64,000 nt of DNA, taken from assembly GCA_025201805.1 (NCBI GenBank), contig MU619383.1, forward strand, positions 3,968 to 67,967, in the 5' to 3' direction. Origin of the DNA: Parasitella parasitica NRRL 2501 (Eukaryota; Fungi; Mucoromycota). Position 1 is the stretch's first letter. Every line of letters starts with the position of its first letter. The position numbers were made by a program, and so were the translations under genes. Positions 24,150 through 38,835 of the stretch are shown here, piece after piece. The notes under the pieces are model-generated. The model had not been told where the DNA came from. It searched no databases and saw only the letters and a program-made list of their open reading frames with translations.

Positions 24150-25130
24150 TTTTTGCTGGTTCTTTAATTGGTTATAAATGCTTTGTGGTTTCACGGCTAG
24201 ATATTTAGGTTATCTGTTTGTTAGCTTGATTTTGGAAACTCTAATTTGGTTCCGTAAGAGATGACATTCGATCACTTCAGCACAGACAGCGAGAAAGACG
24301 TTAGGATCTCCAGAAGTGCAGAACGATTAAAGGCTCACGTTACCCTACCGCAGGCAAAAAAGACGTACAGAAATTGATAAAGAATCGCCTTAAAAGCGTG
24401 CAAGTATGACTGACATACGGTAAATTATAGATCAAAGTAAATACTGTGTTGGTTGCCGACTAGCTATACGCTATAAATTAAAGTACAGACATGCTAATTG
24501 CCCATGTAAAGTAGAAGACTCTATTTGTTGTGTTTTCTCACTGTGTTTATTTTTTTTATTTTTAAATCTATTACAACTGCGAAATACATTCACTACGATG
24601 ATCTGCATCCCACTTCTAAATTCATCCAGTTACCTTAAATTGATGTAGACTACATCTGTGCGCAGTTAATAAGATGTACAATACAGATTTATACTATATA
24701 AGATATAGGCTAGAGATGGCATCATTAGGATGAATGACGCTATAGACTGGATAAGACTATACAAGAAATGATATACGCTTATGGATCTATATTAATAATC
24801 TTCGTATAGAAGATGGATCAGGGTACCTCGGGTAAAGTCTATTTTCTCACTCACATAGATTTAAGCTATCTTTAGTCTGCTGATATGTCGGTTAGCACGA
24901 AGTTAAGATGCTAGTAACGCAGTAATATCGTACATGTTAAATTACGAGAGTAGAACATTTGCCCATAGCTTACATATATAAAGGTTCATCTACCTGGCCA
25001 GTAGATGAACGGGAGCTTTATACACCTGTCGACTTGATAATAAAAACCTATACCTTTATCAAGTTGACATTATTGTTTTTTTTATAATTTTTTTCCGTGA
25101 ATCCATATCACAACTTATACCGATTCCACG

Positions 25131-26615
25131 TAGGCCTTAAGCAGTGAGGCACTTATTTCAATTGATGAGCAAAGCATGAACTCCATAAACAACCTGCTTA
25201 TGTCTTGATATGAATTAATAGCCAAGATACCGTAAAATATGACTTCAAAAGCTATTTTTATGTAGCTTTATGTTTTGGTTAAAATAAATGCCATTTAATC
25301 ATAAATATCATTTCCCCCCCCCGCTTAAAGATCTATAATGCAATCTCTGACATCTTTACAAACTATTAAGTGATAGAGACACAAACTTCAGCCAGAATCT
25401 TCTTTTTTTGCACCATTCTACAACGTACCCAAGTTTCATACAGCTCCAACCATTTTTCGGATTTTGCTATGTTTGGACCCAAAACCTCGTATTTGATTTT
25501 CAGTTTTCAACTTTGGATCAACCTTCAGGGTCATTTTTTGGTAGAAATTTGCGGTTCAAACTAAGAATACAGGCTAGTACTAGTATAATAACTGTACATC
25601 ACTACGTCTCCCGATTCTCGATATCTATCTTTACTGTTGAGATATTTCCAAAACCAGATTGTGCAAATTTTCAAGATTTTACAGCGTATGCTTCTATAAC
25701 AAGTACAAAATCTTGCAATTAAGTCATGTACCAGCTTTTAAGTAAAGTAATAAAACATGTTTTATTAAACCTACTGGTAATAAACATGTTGCATTCAAGC
25801 TCGAATTCGACAAGCTTGGGCAAATTTTGTCTTCTTACGTTAAACTTTGTTCCCCTTTTTCTCAAAAAACCACTATGACACTTTGGCTTGAGTGATTATT
25901 AAAATCTTTTTGAAACTTGATTTTCTACTAGATGTATTACTTTTTAGATATTTATGTCGAAAAAAATATTTTTTCGTATGTTTCTGGCAGAGGCTTGATT
26001 TATTTTTATAACTTTCAAGCAATCAATAGTTTTTAAATATACATGATATAGTAATGCAAACATAGAGCTGCAAAATAGCTACCGAATGGTTTTTGTTTGG
26101 TTAAAAAATATCAATTTTTAAGCGAGATAATTGCTGAAAACAGTATTGTTTTTTAACCTTTTGAATGGCTGCATTTTCGCCTTATAAGTCTAGGGCCGGA
26201 AAATTGTAGATTCATTTTGGTCGAGACAAGATTTTGATTTTTGGCAGAAAAAATAAAGCCACAGTTGTAAACAAAATATTGATGTGTAGGTATTGACATG
26301 ATGGTTTGTTTGGTCAACTTTATAGAGCTGAATATGCTCAAAATACTCTTGATTTTACTCAAAAACTATCAAAAAGGGCGTTTTTTGAATATTCGAGAAT
26401 TGGTAATAAGGAAAAGTGTTTTTATAGCCCTGTAATCTATATGGTAGGATGCAGAATTTATTTTTTGTCTTAAAACACTTAGAACGCATATCCGATATAC
26501 CTATTGCATTTATGAGATATCTAGCAATGAACCGTGCAAAAAAAAGCTCAAAACTGGTTGAGGTCAAATGGTAACGCAGTGCTGAGATTTAACCTACAGC
26601 CTTTTTTTTTTCACT
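25131..26615. repeat. ~1.5-kb dispersed repeat, copy 2
   Basis: Colinear with 3631-5115. Confidence 0.85.
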
Positions 26616-26619
26616 ATAA

Positions 26620-27450
26620 ATGAGTGCCACGCCTATTTGAATTGAAGAGCAAAGCTTAATTCTAATAAGTACCTTGCGTATGTCTCCATATGAATCGATA
26701 TCTGAGATACTGTATAATACAGACTTAAAAACCATTTTTGTATAGCTTCATTTTTGGATGAAATAAATACCACGAAATCTGAAATATAACCTACAGTATT
26801 TCCCGCTTAAAGGCTTAATTTACAGTCTCTAATAACTTTAAAAGCTGCCAAGTGATTTATCAGAATGAGAAATTATTCAAAAAAAAACGGTTGTGAATTA
26901 ATCAGGTAAAGATCTTCTCGTTTATTACATAGAAAAAATGATGGTTTATATACTAGTGAATCTAAGTGGACTGATGGGAGGATAAGATATAAGTGTGAGA
27001 GACATGGTGTGATTTAGAGAATGGAACGATAGATTGTATCTATTGTTCATGAACATGTCACGTTGAGTTATAAATAAGGAACATGATCCATTGGGATATG
27101 TTCCTGAATTTTATCAGGATTGAGTTTACTTGAGTTTGACTTTCAGTTGGGAAATTGACACATCACTAAACGTTTAGAGATATTTTTTTTTTGCACCATT
27201 CTATAACATATCTGAGTCTCATGTATCTCTGATCATTTTTCAGATTTTGCTATGCTTGGACCCTAAATCTCATATTCGATTTTCCGTTTTCAACTTTGGG
27301 TCAACCTTTAGGATTATTTCTAAGTAGGTTATGGGTTCAAGTTCAGACTATATCCTAATATTAGTAAACTAACTGTATGTCACACGATGTTTTTGGATTC
27401 TCGACATCTATCCTTGCTATCGCGATACTGTCAAAACAAGATTTTGCTTA
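26620..27450. repeat. Older, diverged partial copy of the 1.5-kb repeat with a ~300-bp insertion
   Basis: tatttgaattgaagagcaaagc and tttttttgcaccattcta...ttcaactttgg match the 5' half of the repeat. Extra sequence lies at about 26855-27155. Confidence 0.65.
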
Positions 27451-27472
27451 TTTAATATAGCATATGGGTCTA

Positions 27473-27646
27473 TTGTAAGTTATGTAGATAAATATTGATC
27501 AAGATATAGTTTTAGTATGAATAGAAGAGGTTATATCATTTATCCCAAGAAAAGCCTCCGGTTTTGTATCTGGTTTTAAGTTAGAAAAATAACACATTTG
27601 TTATATAAAACATTTTGCTGGCGCCGCCCTTTATGTTGGGAAAACA
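27473..27646 (+). mobile_element. LTR 3' fragment related to 996-1220
   Basis: Shares gttatgtrgataaa, GTTTTGTATCTGGTTTTA and cgccctt segments. Confidence 0.55.
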
Positions 27647-28184
27647 AAGATGATGTTTGTAATAAAATGGCACCTATTATATGGTACCAAAGTTACATTG
27701 GAAAAAAATCCAGATGGGTCATGGCTGATCCATCCAAGAAAGAAATACATGAAAAGCATAGGTAAACATTAACAAGTGTTGGTAGAAGCTTGCACTCCTG
27801 ATCAAAAAAGTACAATCCTACAACTCTGGCACATGCTAATGTTGAACATCGCTGCTCACAATCACAAATAAACAAATTCCAAACATGTATATACAATGCA
27901 ATTGTTAAAACAAATGCAATAATTCTAGATGCCAGAAATGGCTTGTTTATTACATAATAAGGAAAGCTCAGTCGCATTAGAAATAATCAGGGTCCTTAAA
28001 CAGTACAATCCTTCCCATAAACTTTGTATCAATTTCAATACCAACATGTCGAAATCTCAATTACAATATAAGTGAGAGAATGTCAACAAAAAGCATTCTT
28101 CAAGTAAGCTGTCAAATAAGCATCTTCACTGTAGTGAAACTATTTTACAAGTAGTATAAATATAAGTTCTCTTAAAGAGCATGT

Positions 28185-28650
28185 TGTTGTATCCATATAA
28201 TACCATGGTTACCACCGTTTCAAATCAGTTGTCATGGCAACCGTTCCTAAGCGGATCTAAAGTTGAATGGCATCAATTATTCTATTTAGTAAATAGAAGT
28301 ATTCAATAGAATGTCTTGTATAAGAAACCATCTATTTGGGTTCTACTTATTCTAAATTGTGAAGCTCAACCTATCGATGAATGATTCACATTCATAACGT
28401 TTAGCTGATTAAATATAGAAATAGGTCTTGCTCTGACTACTACTGTGTTATAATCTTGTTTGACAATTAACTGTCAAACATGTCCTGATTGTATTTTATA
28501 GATTTATTCTAATATAAATAGACAGTTTCTTGTCAATCAGTAAATCAATAGTTTTGTATCTGGTAAATTAAGTCTCTATTATTTTCTTATATTCTTTATA
28601 TCATAAACAATCACCTGTTGTGCTCAATTTCAAGACCTGCTGGCACAACA
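28185..28650 (+). mobile_element. Solo LTR (466 bp)
   Basis: TGTTGT...ACAACA termini and TATAAATA. Reverse-complement homologue at 62878-63355. Confidence 0.82.
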
Positions 28651-31176
28651 ATATTTAATTTTACACTGCCATTTTGTAATTGAACAAGTTCCCTGATTTT
28701 ACAGCATATTCAGTAAGATATAGCTTCCACATAATACTTTCTGCAGCGAAACGCAGTAATAAAGTATAGAAAAAGCGAGATACGATTAAAATCCCTCTTT
28801 ATTTTGAATGTGGGTTAAATGTGCAATAGGTTGTTAATTTTACATATATCTATTCGTATTATTTGGGTGTCACCTTACTAGCAGACATTTGCATCGTTAT
28901 TTCTTAACGGTTCCATTATTTTTTATATGTTGTGTTTTAAATTCTAATTAGCCGTTCTGGCTTAGTAGTATACTATCATACTACGTTGATTAGAGATGGT
29001 CATTCATCAGAACAATAGAATAATTCTATTGTAGCTATCCTAATCTTACGTGAGTGCGAATCTTGTTGAATTGTTTATTGACGTTGTTGATCTAATGATG
29101 GATCAAGGACGGCATTCAAACGTGATTTTATACATGCGAGTAGGAAGCTTTCTCTGTTTGACGAATTGTTCCTTTTCAGGCTTTAGTTTGTGGCACAACA
29201 TGCTATTTTGACATATGTCAATTTCTATCCCTGCTATTTGCTATCTTTGTAGTCAAGGCTATTATTATTGAGAAGATGAAAATTTTTTATGATGGGAATC
29301 AAGTCTAGTTCATTTTACTTTCTAAAGATGTGAAACTAATACATCGGCATGGCTCTTTTTCCATTGACGGTTGGTGCTTTATTTTTCATTAAATTACACT
29401 ATATATTTGTAGTTGCAATTTCAGGTTGCTGCAAATAGTAATTTCTTAACTGCAATTATAGACACTACAGTATTACTTTTCTGTACACAATTTCAAAACT
29501 ACGGTATGCACTACCACTAGGGCCTTGACATTCGTGATGAGGCTGACAGTTCAACAGGCGAATTCCTCAAAAAGAATATTTAACGCCCTTTTTTTTTATT
29601 ATTATTAGTATTTAAGCTCTTGGTTTTTTTTCTTTCTTTCTTAAGTTTATCTCAACACGCTACTTTTAGGTTCTTTTTTTGTATAGGTGAAAACCAACAT
29701 TTGTGTTTTCAGCTTGACTTGTCCTACGAAGCCAAACGATGGCAGGACTGTAATCGAGCTAAATGAGATTTCACGGCTATTTTTATGTAGTATATTCCCA
29801 GAAAGGTGGTTACAAAGAAGATAGGCTAAGCAGCCTATGGCATCAAATCAATAGATAGTACAACATATCTAATTGCAACGTAGAAAGAATAGCACCTGCT
29901 GTCGTGTTACAAAGTTGCCATATTATGGCTATTTTGATTTGGTATGATACCGTAATGCAAACGATATTATAGGCTCTTGATGGGCATAATGAAACTGTCG
30001 TATGATTGTAATTGAGCGAAGCAAGATTAAACGGTTAGTGATGTTTGAATTTTATCGGAAATGGTTGATTTATGGTTTCCGTGATCTCCGGCTGGTCTGT
30101 AGTTCATACTTGTCCTACATAGTACCAGGCGCTGGCTATACCTCAGCATAACGATACTGTAGCTGCAGTGACCCAAAGCTTGCAACTGAAAACCAGGTTG
30201 TTTAATAAACATACCGAATGCAAGTACAATGAATATAAAGCAGCTTGCTATTATGAAGGACATGTCCAATAAGAAGAAATAGCATTGATATCTTTTGTTT
30301 AATTGTTTGTAAGACAAGGCCTCACGTTACTTTTTGGAAAAAAAAAGATTTGCGTAGTAACTGCTATGGATTTTGAAGAGATTTGTAATAGTGGATGACT
30401 AGGAAATGAGCTAGCAGCTTTTCGAGTAGGATGGATGTAGAGTACAAAAAAGTCTTTTTCTTTACATATACAGTAGTCGATATGAAAATTGCAAGTATTG
30501 CCTTTGATTTTATCCTTTCTGTCATTTTGAAGTGATCTTGAATTATGGCTTTGCTAATGTGCCGAACTAAGTTAAATTAAAAAAAGATCAAGGAATCCAA
30601 ATATTCTCTCTTAAAATAATGCATGTAATAAATTTATGTAATTTGTCGACCTCTGCATGACCGCAGCAAAGGGTCAATAGTTCGACTTGAACCTACCCTG
30701 GATGTGTTTGTTTAGTGTCTTTCAAAGCACTGCCTTAGCAAAGACACTTTTTACATGGCAATGACCAGTCGAGCGAACCTAATTTAATTTTGTGGTAGGT
30801 ATCTTTTTGATGTCTCAAATTAGAAGTGGCAAAGACATCGTTTCATCTATTCAGATTCTTGGTGTCTAGTTCCTTATATCATTAATGCGTTGTTATTGAT
30901 GTCCATAATATGTAGAATGCACTTGACATAAAAATACCTTGTTAATGTGGCTGTTTGATGTAACATTGGTGTTTGTTTCCTGATATCAAGTATAGTCAGG
31001 GACGGCATGATGCATGTACTTTTTAGTAAAATGTGAGGCATTGTTACGCCATGCCCATACCAAAAAAAGGATATCTGATGCTTTTAAAATTGACCATCTG
31101 CTCGACCCCCTCGAATAGGCTTTTCTCTCTTTTGTACTTTTTGGTTTTTTTTTATTTATTTTTTTTCTTTTTCTGT

Positions 31177-32926
31177 ATGGCTCACATGGCTGAAAGGATA
31201 AATCTAACAGATTCATGGCAAAATGAGCTTGAACGCTTGAATCTACATGATACGTTGACTCGACAAGTATGTTTGTATATATTCAATTGTCGGTTCGTTT
31301 GCCCTTACTAACAGAAAACGATAAAATTTTAGTCATCTCACAACGACGCACATAAATTTCAACATCGATTAGATGAGCGCGAAGATCAAAAAGACAATTT
31401 GTACGCAAATTACGATTCACCAGTGTCACTTCGCTACAGAGATTCTGTCAGTTCAAATGCTTCATCTTTACTATCTAGGAATTCTACCATCTCTTCGACA
31501 GAGGCTCGTAACGTTAGTACGATGGCATCCTCACCTAAAACAGATGCACATTCACCGCCTTTAAGACTCTCTACCGCATGGGGTAGCGAGCATCCTCCAA
31601 GACATGATTCTCCAAATAGCCTTTCTCCCATTCATTCGCAATGCTCATCTCCTCCTATTGAGCCGCTTTCCTATGGGAGTTGCAATTTAACAAGATACTC
31701 GTCAGTGGTAAGCCCAAACGGCTGCTTTGTCCCCAGTAAACCATTACCGTTTATACAAAAGACTGATATTACAAAGCACCATTACGTTATACCTACATTT
31801 GCAATGGTAAATACGTTGATCTATATTGATTCATTGTAAAAATATTTACTCACTTCTGCTCGTTTACAGGCAGGCCAAAGCCAGGCAGAGATCATGAAAC
31901 TGTTGTTTAATCACACTGACAGTCAACCGTTTGCAGTAAATATTTCTTGCACAGACATGATTTGTATTTTATTGATGCTGACCCTGCTCCTTTATTGATA
32001 GCCCAAAGAAGAATACGAAAGAACAATACCATGGCATATTGATCACAACCACTCTTTGCTCACATTATCTCAATACACCAGTTTGGGCCAAGATAACCCT
32101 GTTTCACGAAATTACTTGATAGGATTAGGCCAAAGACTAGGCATTACAACCATCCTCGTCATTGTTTCTATTGAAGTCATGTGCGTAAATACAAGATAGG
32201 CCAATATGAAGCACATTGAATTAACATTTAATTAGTGGCACTGTGTACCCTTTACTAAATAATCTTGTAAAAGCCATGGAGACGAATGCAAGTGCTAATG
32301 ATCATGTTCAAGAGGAGCAGGCTTCCTGGTGGAGCCGTGTTGTGCTTGTCATCAACCAACAACACGGTGTCAGCGATCAGGCAGCATACGCCCAGCGTAA
32401 AGCTATATTGGTGGATGAAATGCCTCGAATTCAAGAACGATATCGGCTCTCGAGACCGTTATCTACGCTCTTTATCAGCACGCTAGTGTATGACCAAATA
32501 AAAAACACAGAAGAAGGATTCAATTACAAACTCTGTTGTCAACGAATCTTATGGCAAATGATGGAAAAACACATGCTGACTGGCCGATGGTGCAGTGAAT
32601 TGCTGAGTTTCCAAAACAGATTGAACACGAACGGTAGCAATGGCAACAGCAGTCAACTCAATATCTTGAATGAGGACGAAGAAAGCAGTTCCAGCAGTGA
32701 CGAAGCTATATTTCAAACTGTCATTGAGTATGATGAAAATGGAAAAGTCAAAAAGCCAGAGAAAAAAAAGAAGCAGAGAAAGAGAACAATGTTAGTGCAC
32801 CAACAAACAAAAATGACATCCTCATTACAGAGACGATCGACACGACGCCAAATTCAAAAATTGCATTGCCATGATGGTGATGATGGTTCAACTCTGCCAT
32901 TACCCATTAGAAACCATACTTCTTGA
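31177..32926 (+). CDS. Hypothetical protein (multi-exon, Ser-rich N-terminus, basic C-terminus)
   Basis: GT-AG introns link ORFs 31033, 31399 and 32243. No recognisable domain. Confidence 0.65.
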
Positions 32927-33269
32927 GCTTTTTTTTTTTTTCTTTTTTCTTTCCCTTTTCTGACAGGACTCTCTGTAGTTTGCCGCTTACATTCTATCAT
33001 TATGTTTTTAATCATCTTGTATCCTTTATTTATACCTCCTATTTATTACCATCAACTGTTTACAATGTATATTTTAGACCCTTTCATCTCAATAAATCAT
33101 TCATTTATCTGGCTCGTCGATGTGTCCGGGGACGTTTAAGTTTACAAATCATGTGCAGAATACATTATACTGAACTGAAAATTTTACTTGGTCATTACAT
33201 TTTAACAACCAACTATTGTAGAATAAATTACCATTGAGTTTTTCTTGTACTAACATTTAAATCCTCCAT

Positions 33270-35587
33270 TTATTTTTGAACAAGATATCTTTCAGCAATG
33301 TCTCCAAATTCATCCAAGACACTATGAATTGTCTTTCTAAAGGCAACAGAGTCTGTTTCTTTGTAATGCTTCCATGAGGTAACACTCATGCGAACACGCT
33401 CTTTACCAATAGCATAATTGATGCCATAGCCTTCAGGAACGACAGCACCAAATCCTCCCCAAGCCAAGTCACCGGGAGATGTGTTTGAGGTAGACAATTT
33501 CCAGTATTGGGAGCCCCAATATGATGGATCTTGGAATATGGCAGCATCATCAGAAGCAGCCTCTTCAGGTGTCATTTGACAACGCAAGCCCAAAAGATGG
33601 CGGTCGACACCGTGGCCGTTACTAGCTGCCTTCATATATTCTAAATGACTAGTAATGGCTTTTTTGAGCAAGTCCAATTTCTCAGGCATCTATATGTTCA
33701 AGCTTAGTGCATTGAACCGTTTCGCTGACACGCTCAATTATTTACCTTGATATTCTTGTCTTGCCATCCCTCGGTAAACGCAACTGTCTCTGTGGAGCAT
33801 GTGCGCACAGTTTCAGTACGACCGGCAATAAACTTGCGAGTGGATGCAGATTCGTAGGTAGGACAGTGGGTCCCATAGTGTTTGAAATAAGCAAGCTGGT
33901 AGACCATTTGAAGCCAGCCATCAGGGCTGACCTTGGCTTGTTTCATGAAATTAGATCCGTATTCAGGATAATGGAGCAAGACACTGTCTAGATCGTCAAT
34001 GAGGGTGGATGCATTTTTTTCTGCAGTTCGAATTGCGAGCCCCAGCTTGCTTGAAACTTGCCATTTGAGGAGAGTGGGTTTTTCCAAGTTGGAAATGGCG
34101 GCATCAGACATGGTGTCCTCAATGGGTTCCCTAGAAACACATGCGTCAAAAATACAACGTACGGCTTATCACTCATATTGATTGTAAAACTGACTTGGCT
34201 AATACATCATCTACAATTTTGGAAGGAATGACAGCATCTGCAGGAGAATGCTATAAATGTTGCTTAGCAACCGACATGTACACATATATACTGCTCTAAA
34301 ACATGTATTTTACCTCGCCATTAATACCAGCACGACCATTATTCTCTACAATAAACTGTAATCCTTTATCAAACCATCTATTTCTACCGTTGCGACCATG
34401 GAAAATGTTGCGATGAGACAAATCAAGGTCTAATGGAGAGCTGTAATCATCGAGACAAAAGACAAAGACGGAATCGTCAATGTTTTGAAGAGATTTGGCA
34501 TTTAAAGGTTGTGTCTCCATTTCTTCGCGAATCTACCACTTTTGTTAATACCGAGTACACGAGCCTGCAATGGAAAACATACCGAACCCCAAGTATCACG
34601 ATGCTCGGTAGTCAATACGCCAACAGGAGCCTGACGCTGTTCGACAGGCGTGTTTTCAACTTGGTCTACCACATCGCGAAGTTGACTATGCACTAACAAG
34701 GTTAGAAATATGATTTTAAATGTATACACACATAACAGTAGAAACTTACTCTTCTAATTTCTTTACAGATACAGTTTCTCCATTGGGGCCAATGACTTGT
34801 ACAGAAAAGATCTGATCCTTATAGATGACGTTGATATGTTTGTTCAAACAGGGCCATTGAGTGATAACCCTATCAGTTCCTGAAGCAGCAATACGGCTCG
34901 TCCCAAACATATTCTTAAGTTGATGCATGCAAAAAGGACCTGATCGGGAAACATCGGGAGGGATCTGCTCACTACAGAACCATGAATAACAGTAATATAA
35001 GGGTTTGCAAAAGTGCTACCTACTTGTTGACACGGTTAGAATAGTCGATCAATCCAGCAATTATGCCAGCCGACCGCTTCAATTGAAAATCAGTTACTTT
35101 TCCATCCTGAGCTCCTTGGCCTAACCCAGTAACAGGATCACGGAACTGATTCCACCAATTGACGTTGATCAAAGTAGGAATGCGATACTCGAGATACCCC
35201 TTTTGCAGCCAAAGCTGATCCAGCCAATTAAGCCCTTTTGCAGTTTCCTGGTCATCGAGTCTGTGCAAACGAGACTGTAGTTTTTGCGCTAAACCATCCG
35301 GTTGGAAAAACTGATCTACCTTCTTGCTTACATCGACATGTTCAGACGCGGAAAGCAGGGGAAGTAAACTGCGTTTGTAACGCGCTGCCGTCAAATGGAG
35401 CTCGGGGATGGGCAAACGAGGTAGTTTGGATTGATTTGAAAAGGTGGGCGGTGCTGCAGTTGTATAACAACGACGGCCAGCAATACTACTACTATGATGT
35501 TAGATGATGTCGGCTTTGGTTTGATTGTCTTCTGTGCAAATACCCGGATGAACGCAGAAAATGCAATCGACTAGACATGCTGTTCAT
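33270..35587 (-). CDS. Carnitine/choline acyltransferase family protein, probably mitochondrial
   Basis: TFSNQSKLPRLPIPEL, NRWFDKGLQ, GINGEHSPADA, TYESASTRKF..GRTETVR, GHGVDRHLLGL and LSTS. Arg/Ser-rich presequence after the first intron is removed. Confidence 0.92.
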
Positions 35588-35758
35588 GTGCTCAAAGACG
35601 AGAAGAAAAGCAAAGGAAAGAAAAAAGGGGTGAGAAAATTGCTTATACATGTGTAAATTTATGTTTGAAGTTTTTCATGTGATTGTTATAAACAACATTG
35701 CCCTTACCGGGCCGTCACTGCATATCAATGAAAGAGTACTAGTATTAATTTACTGTAA

Positions 35759-37087
35759 TCATTGATAAGGATAGCTCATCGTGTTATTGGGTCTAGGAGG
35801 ATATCCCATATTAGAAGGTGGGGGTGGAGGCGGTCTATTGTTTTGCTGTGGAGGGTAAAATCCTGCCTGAGGTGGGGGCGGTGGTGGGTAGGGCTGCTGC
35901 TGCTGCTGCTGTGCAGGATCATGAAATCCACCTGGAGGACGTGGATAGGGTGCTGGCGTGTGGTAAGACTGCCGTTGTTGGTTGTGATAGTTCGCTATGG
36001 AAACAAAGTTAGTATTATCAGATAACTGCTCCAAGAAAAAACTAACCAGGGGCGGGCCTCATTGCTGGAGACGGGGCTGGTTGATACGATGCTGATAGTA
36101 ATGGTGGGTTAGCATGAGGCTGTGGAGAAGGTCGGTACGACTGGATTGGTGGTTGCGGCAAAGGCCTTTGATTATGCTGCATTATAGGTGTTGGAATATG
36201 CATGGGAGATCCATTGTTATAATGAGGCTGTTGCGAAGTGCTTGAATACGGCTGCTGTGGTGGTGGGGGCCTGAACGGTTGCTGTGGCGGCGGGGGCCTG
36301 AAAGGTTGCTGTTGCGGCGGTGGTGGTGGAGGCCTATGCAGTTGTGGCGGAGGAGGTCTATGTTGCTGCTGAGAAGGATGAGGGCGGAAATTGCCGCCAG
36401 GAACATGTCCTGGAGGATATTGGTATCTCACTTGCTGTTGAGGTCTCGCAGAATTTTGCTAGGATTGTCAATGGTTAGTCGCAATTCCACTGTTTGAATC
36501 GTAGCACACTTACTGCAGAATAAAAAGTCAATTCCAAATAAATGAGCCCTGTGGTCGGCCTGCCACACATCTGCAGTGGAAAATAGCCATCGTGTTCTTT
36601 ATCCCGTAACACTTTTGCCAAGTCAACCACGCCATCACCCATTAGATTGTTCGGTTTCGTATCTTTATCAAAGACTTGAACATGCAATTGACGTTGCCCG
36701 GCTGCCACTGGGATGTTGACCTGTTTTTTTTTCCCTTATATTTAGCTTTGTGTTTTACATGCACTATTATTCAGATGTACCTGATCATCCCAGATTGGGT
36801 AAAGGCCTCCGCCGTAATCCGTCTTTGTTCTTTTCACTACGTCTCCAACTCTAAACAAGCAGAAAGGATCTTGTTTACCTGGCGCCTATTCCATATGTCA
36901 AATAGACTTAGCCATTCCACATTTTTCATTACCTTGGTTATAATTCATTAATTTACCTGATGCTGTAATTTTTCCTGAGAAAAAGAGCAATTCAATACCA
37001 TTGGCAACACAAGAAATATCTCTGACAACTTACAGCTTTAAGTGCAACCACAACAAGTTCGCCTGCTATAGGAGGAGGATGAGCCAT
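35759..37087 (-). CDS. C2-domain, proline-rich protein (Fic1/Inn1-like)
   Basis: N-terminal C2 domain (GELVVVALKA, KQDPFC, TDYGGGLYPIWDDQ, GLIYLELTFYS) followed by a Pro/Gln-rich tail. Confidence 0.8.
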
Positions 37088-37895
37088 TATTATTCAACTA
37101 CTGGAAAATCTCTTGATAGCAAAAAATAAAAATAAAAATAAAAATAAAACAAAGAAAAGCTTAGGCTTACAAGACCATGAAATATTATATTTTCGGACGT
37201 TGGAAATCATTACAAACAAGCTCATGACTGTCTCAAATGCGCTGACAAAACCACTACCGAAAGATCGTCTGAAGCAGCAGAGTAGGGTGTGTGTGTGTTT
37301 TTGACAGAAATGCAAAATTAGAATAGCTTTTCATATGAAAACCCAGCTTAAAATTTGGTCCTCTCGACTTTGAGAAAGGAATAGCATATACAATCTTGCG
37401 AGATACACGTGGGCTTTACAAACATGTATGTATTTCGGTAGAAGAGCTTACTTAGATATAGTGTTTACAGATGCCATCTCCACCGTTGCAGTAATAGTAT
37501 CACTTTTTTTATTTTCACTTGTGCATAATCTCAATATACTAGATTTGATGATTTCCGATCTCTCGTCATTTATCTGCGCCAATCTAGTGTGATTATATCG
37601 ACTCTTGCCCGCACGTATTCGCCTAGTTGGACCAGCAGTTTAAAAGAGGAATGGAAAACAAATTAGTGTCCATTGAAGCATTATTTGAGTGTATATCTCA
37701 TCTATTTTGAACCGGGCTATAACCTTGTTTACCCTCGTTTAATAAAGATAATGTGCTGTAAAGACATTGACTTTGCGTTATAACAAGTTGTTAATTAAAG
37801 AATTATATCTCAAAATGCACATAATGATTTCTTTTTAAGCTTTATATCGTTCGATAGAAAGACAAGTGTGCAATTTTTATCCAGGATACAAGCAT

Positions 37896-38835
37896 TTATT
37901 CTGCATGTAAAAAAACATATTCTCTTGCGCTATTGCCGAATTTCAGTACATCTTTAGCTTTTAACTCGATAAAACGGGTTGCTGGAATCTGCTCATTGTT
38001 CAGATACGTTCCATTTGTAGCGTCCAAATCAATAATAAAGGGCCTGTATTAATTATATAAGAATCTAGCGTAGTATGGATGTAACTATCTCAACTTACTT
38101 GACAGCCTTGGTGGGTTTACCATTTGAGCCTTCCTCGGTGACCATTCTATATTGTATTACAGCATGCTGCTTTGAGCATGAAGGGTGATCAACAGGAATG
38201 TCCACCACCTAGATACATACAGTAGTTAGTAAATATTATATTGGTATCGTAGCTATTCAGTAGGCTTGCTTTACCACACGATCACGACCAATTAAATAGG
38301 AACTTTGTCTATGAATGTGTAGCAAATCTAAAGGGAGACACTTGCATCAAATTATCGAGTGGATTACAGACAAAAACAGACGATAATTACCAATTTGTTC
38401 GTCACCTTTGAATACATATAGTCGCCATTTAAGTGAAGGCTTTGCAGCTTCAGGTGGTTCATTATACTTTAATTCCACACCTTTGACAGTATTTGTTTCT
38501 GCTGCTAGTTTGCCGGACAATCCAAAGTTAGGTTCCATTTTCTCTACAGGCTCTTCTTCTAATTCCTCGTTATCTTCGGGTCTGCCCCATTCAAATTTCT
38601 TATTTCGTCTTTCTGAGTTGTTTCGACCATCTCTATTATTGTAACGTCTACGAGGTGGAGAGCGAGAACGTTCACCTTTTCTACCATGTGGTGGCGAACG
38701 AGAGCGGGAACGAGAATAACTACGGCGTCTTCTAGGTGGTGAGCGCGAGTGAGAATAACGTCTGCTTCTTTTGTGTCTTTCAAATGGTGATATAGATCTT
38801 CTTGATGAACGACTATGGCGTGAAGGAGAGCTCAT
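37896..38835 (-). CDS. SNIP1: FHA-domain splicing factor SNIP1/Pml1
   Basis: RS-rich N-terminus, EPNFGLSGKLAAETN, KYNEPPEA, HPSCSKQHAVIQ, IIDLDATNGT and KFGNSAREYV. Confidence 0.9.

Noticed and set aside
26855-27155. Insertion with a TATA box as a solo LTR
   Set aside because: No convincing TG...CA ends or TSD found.
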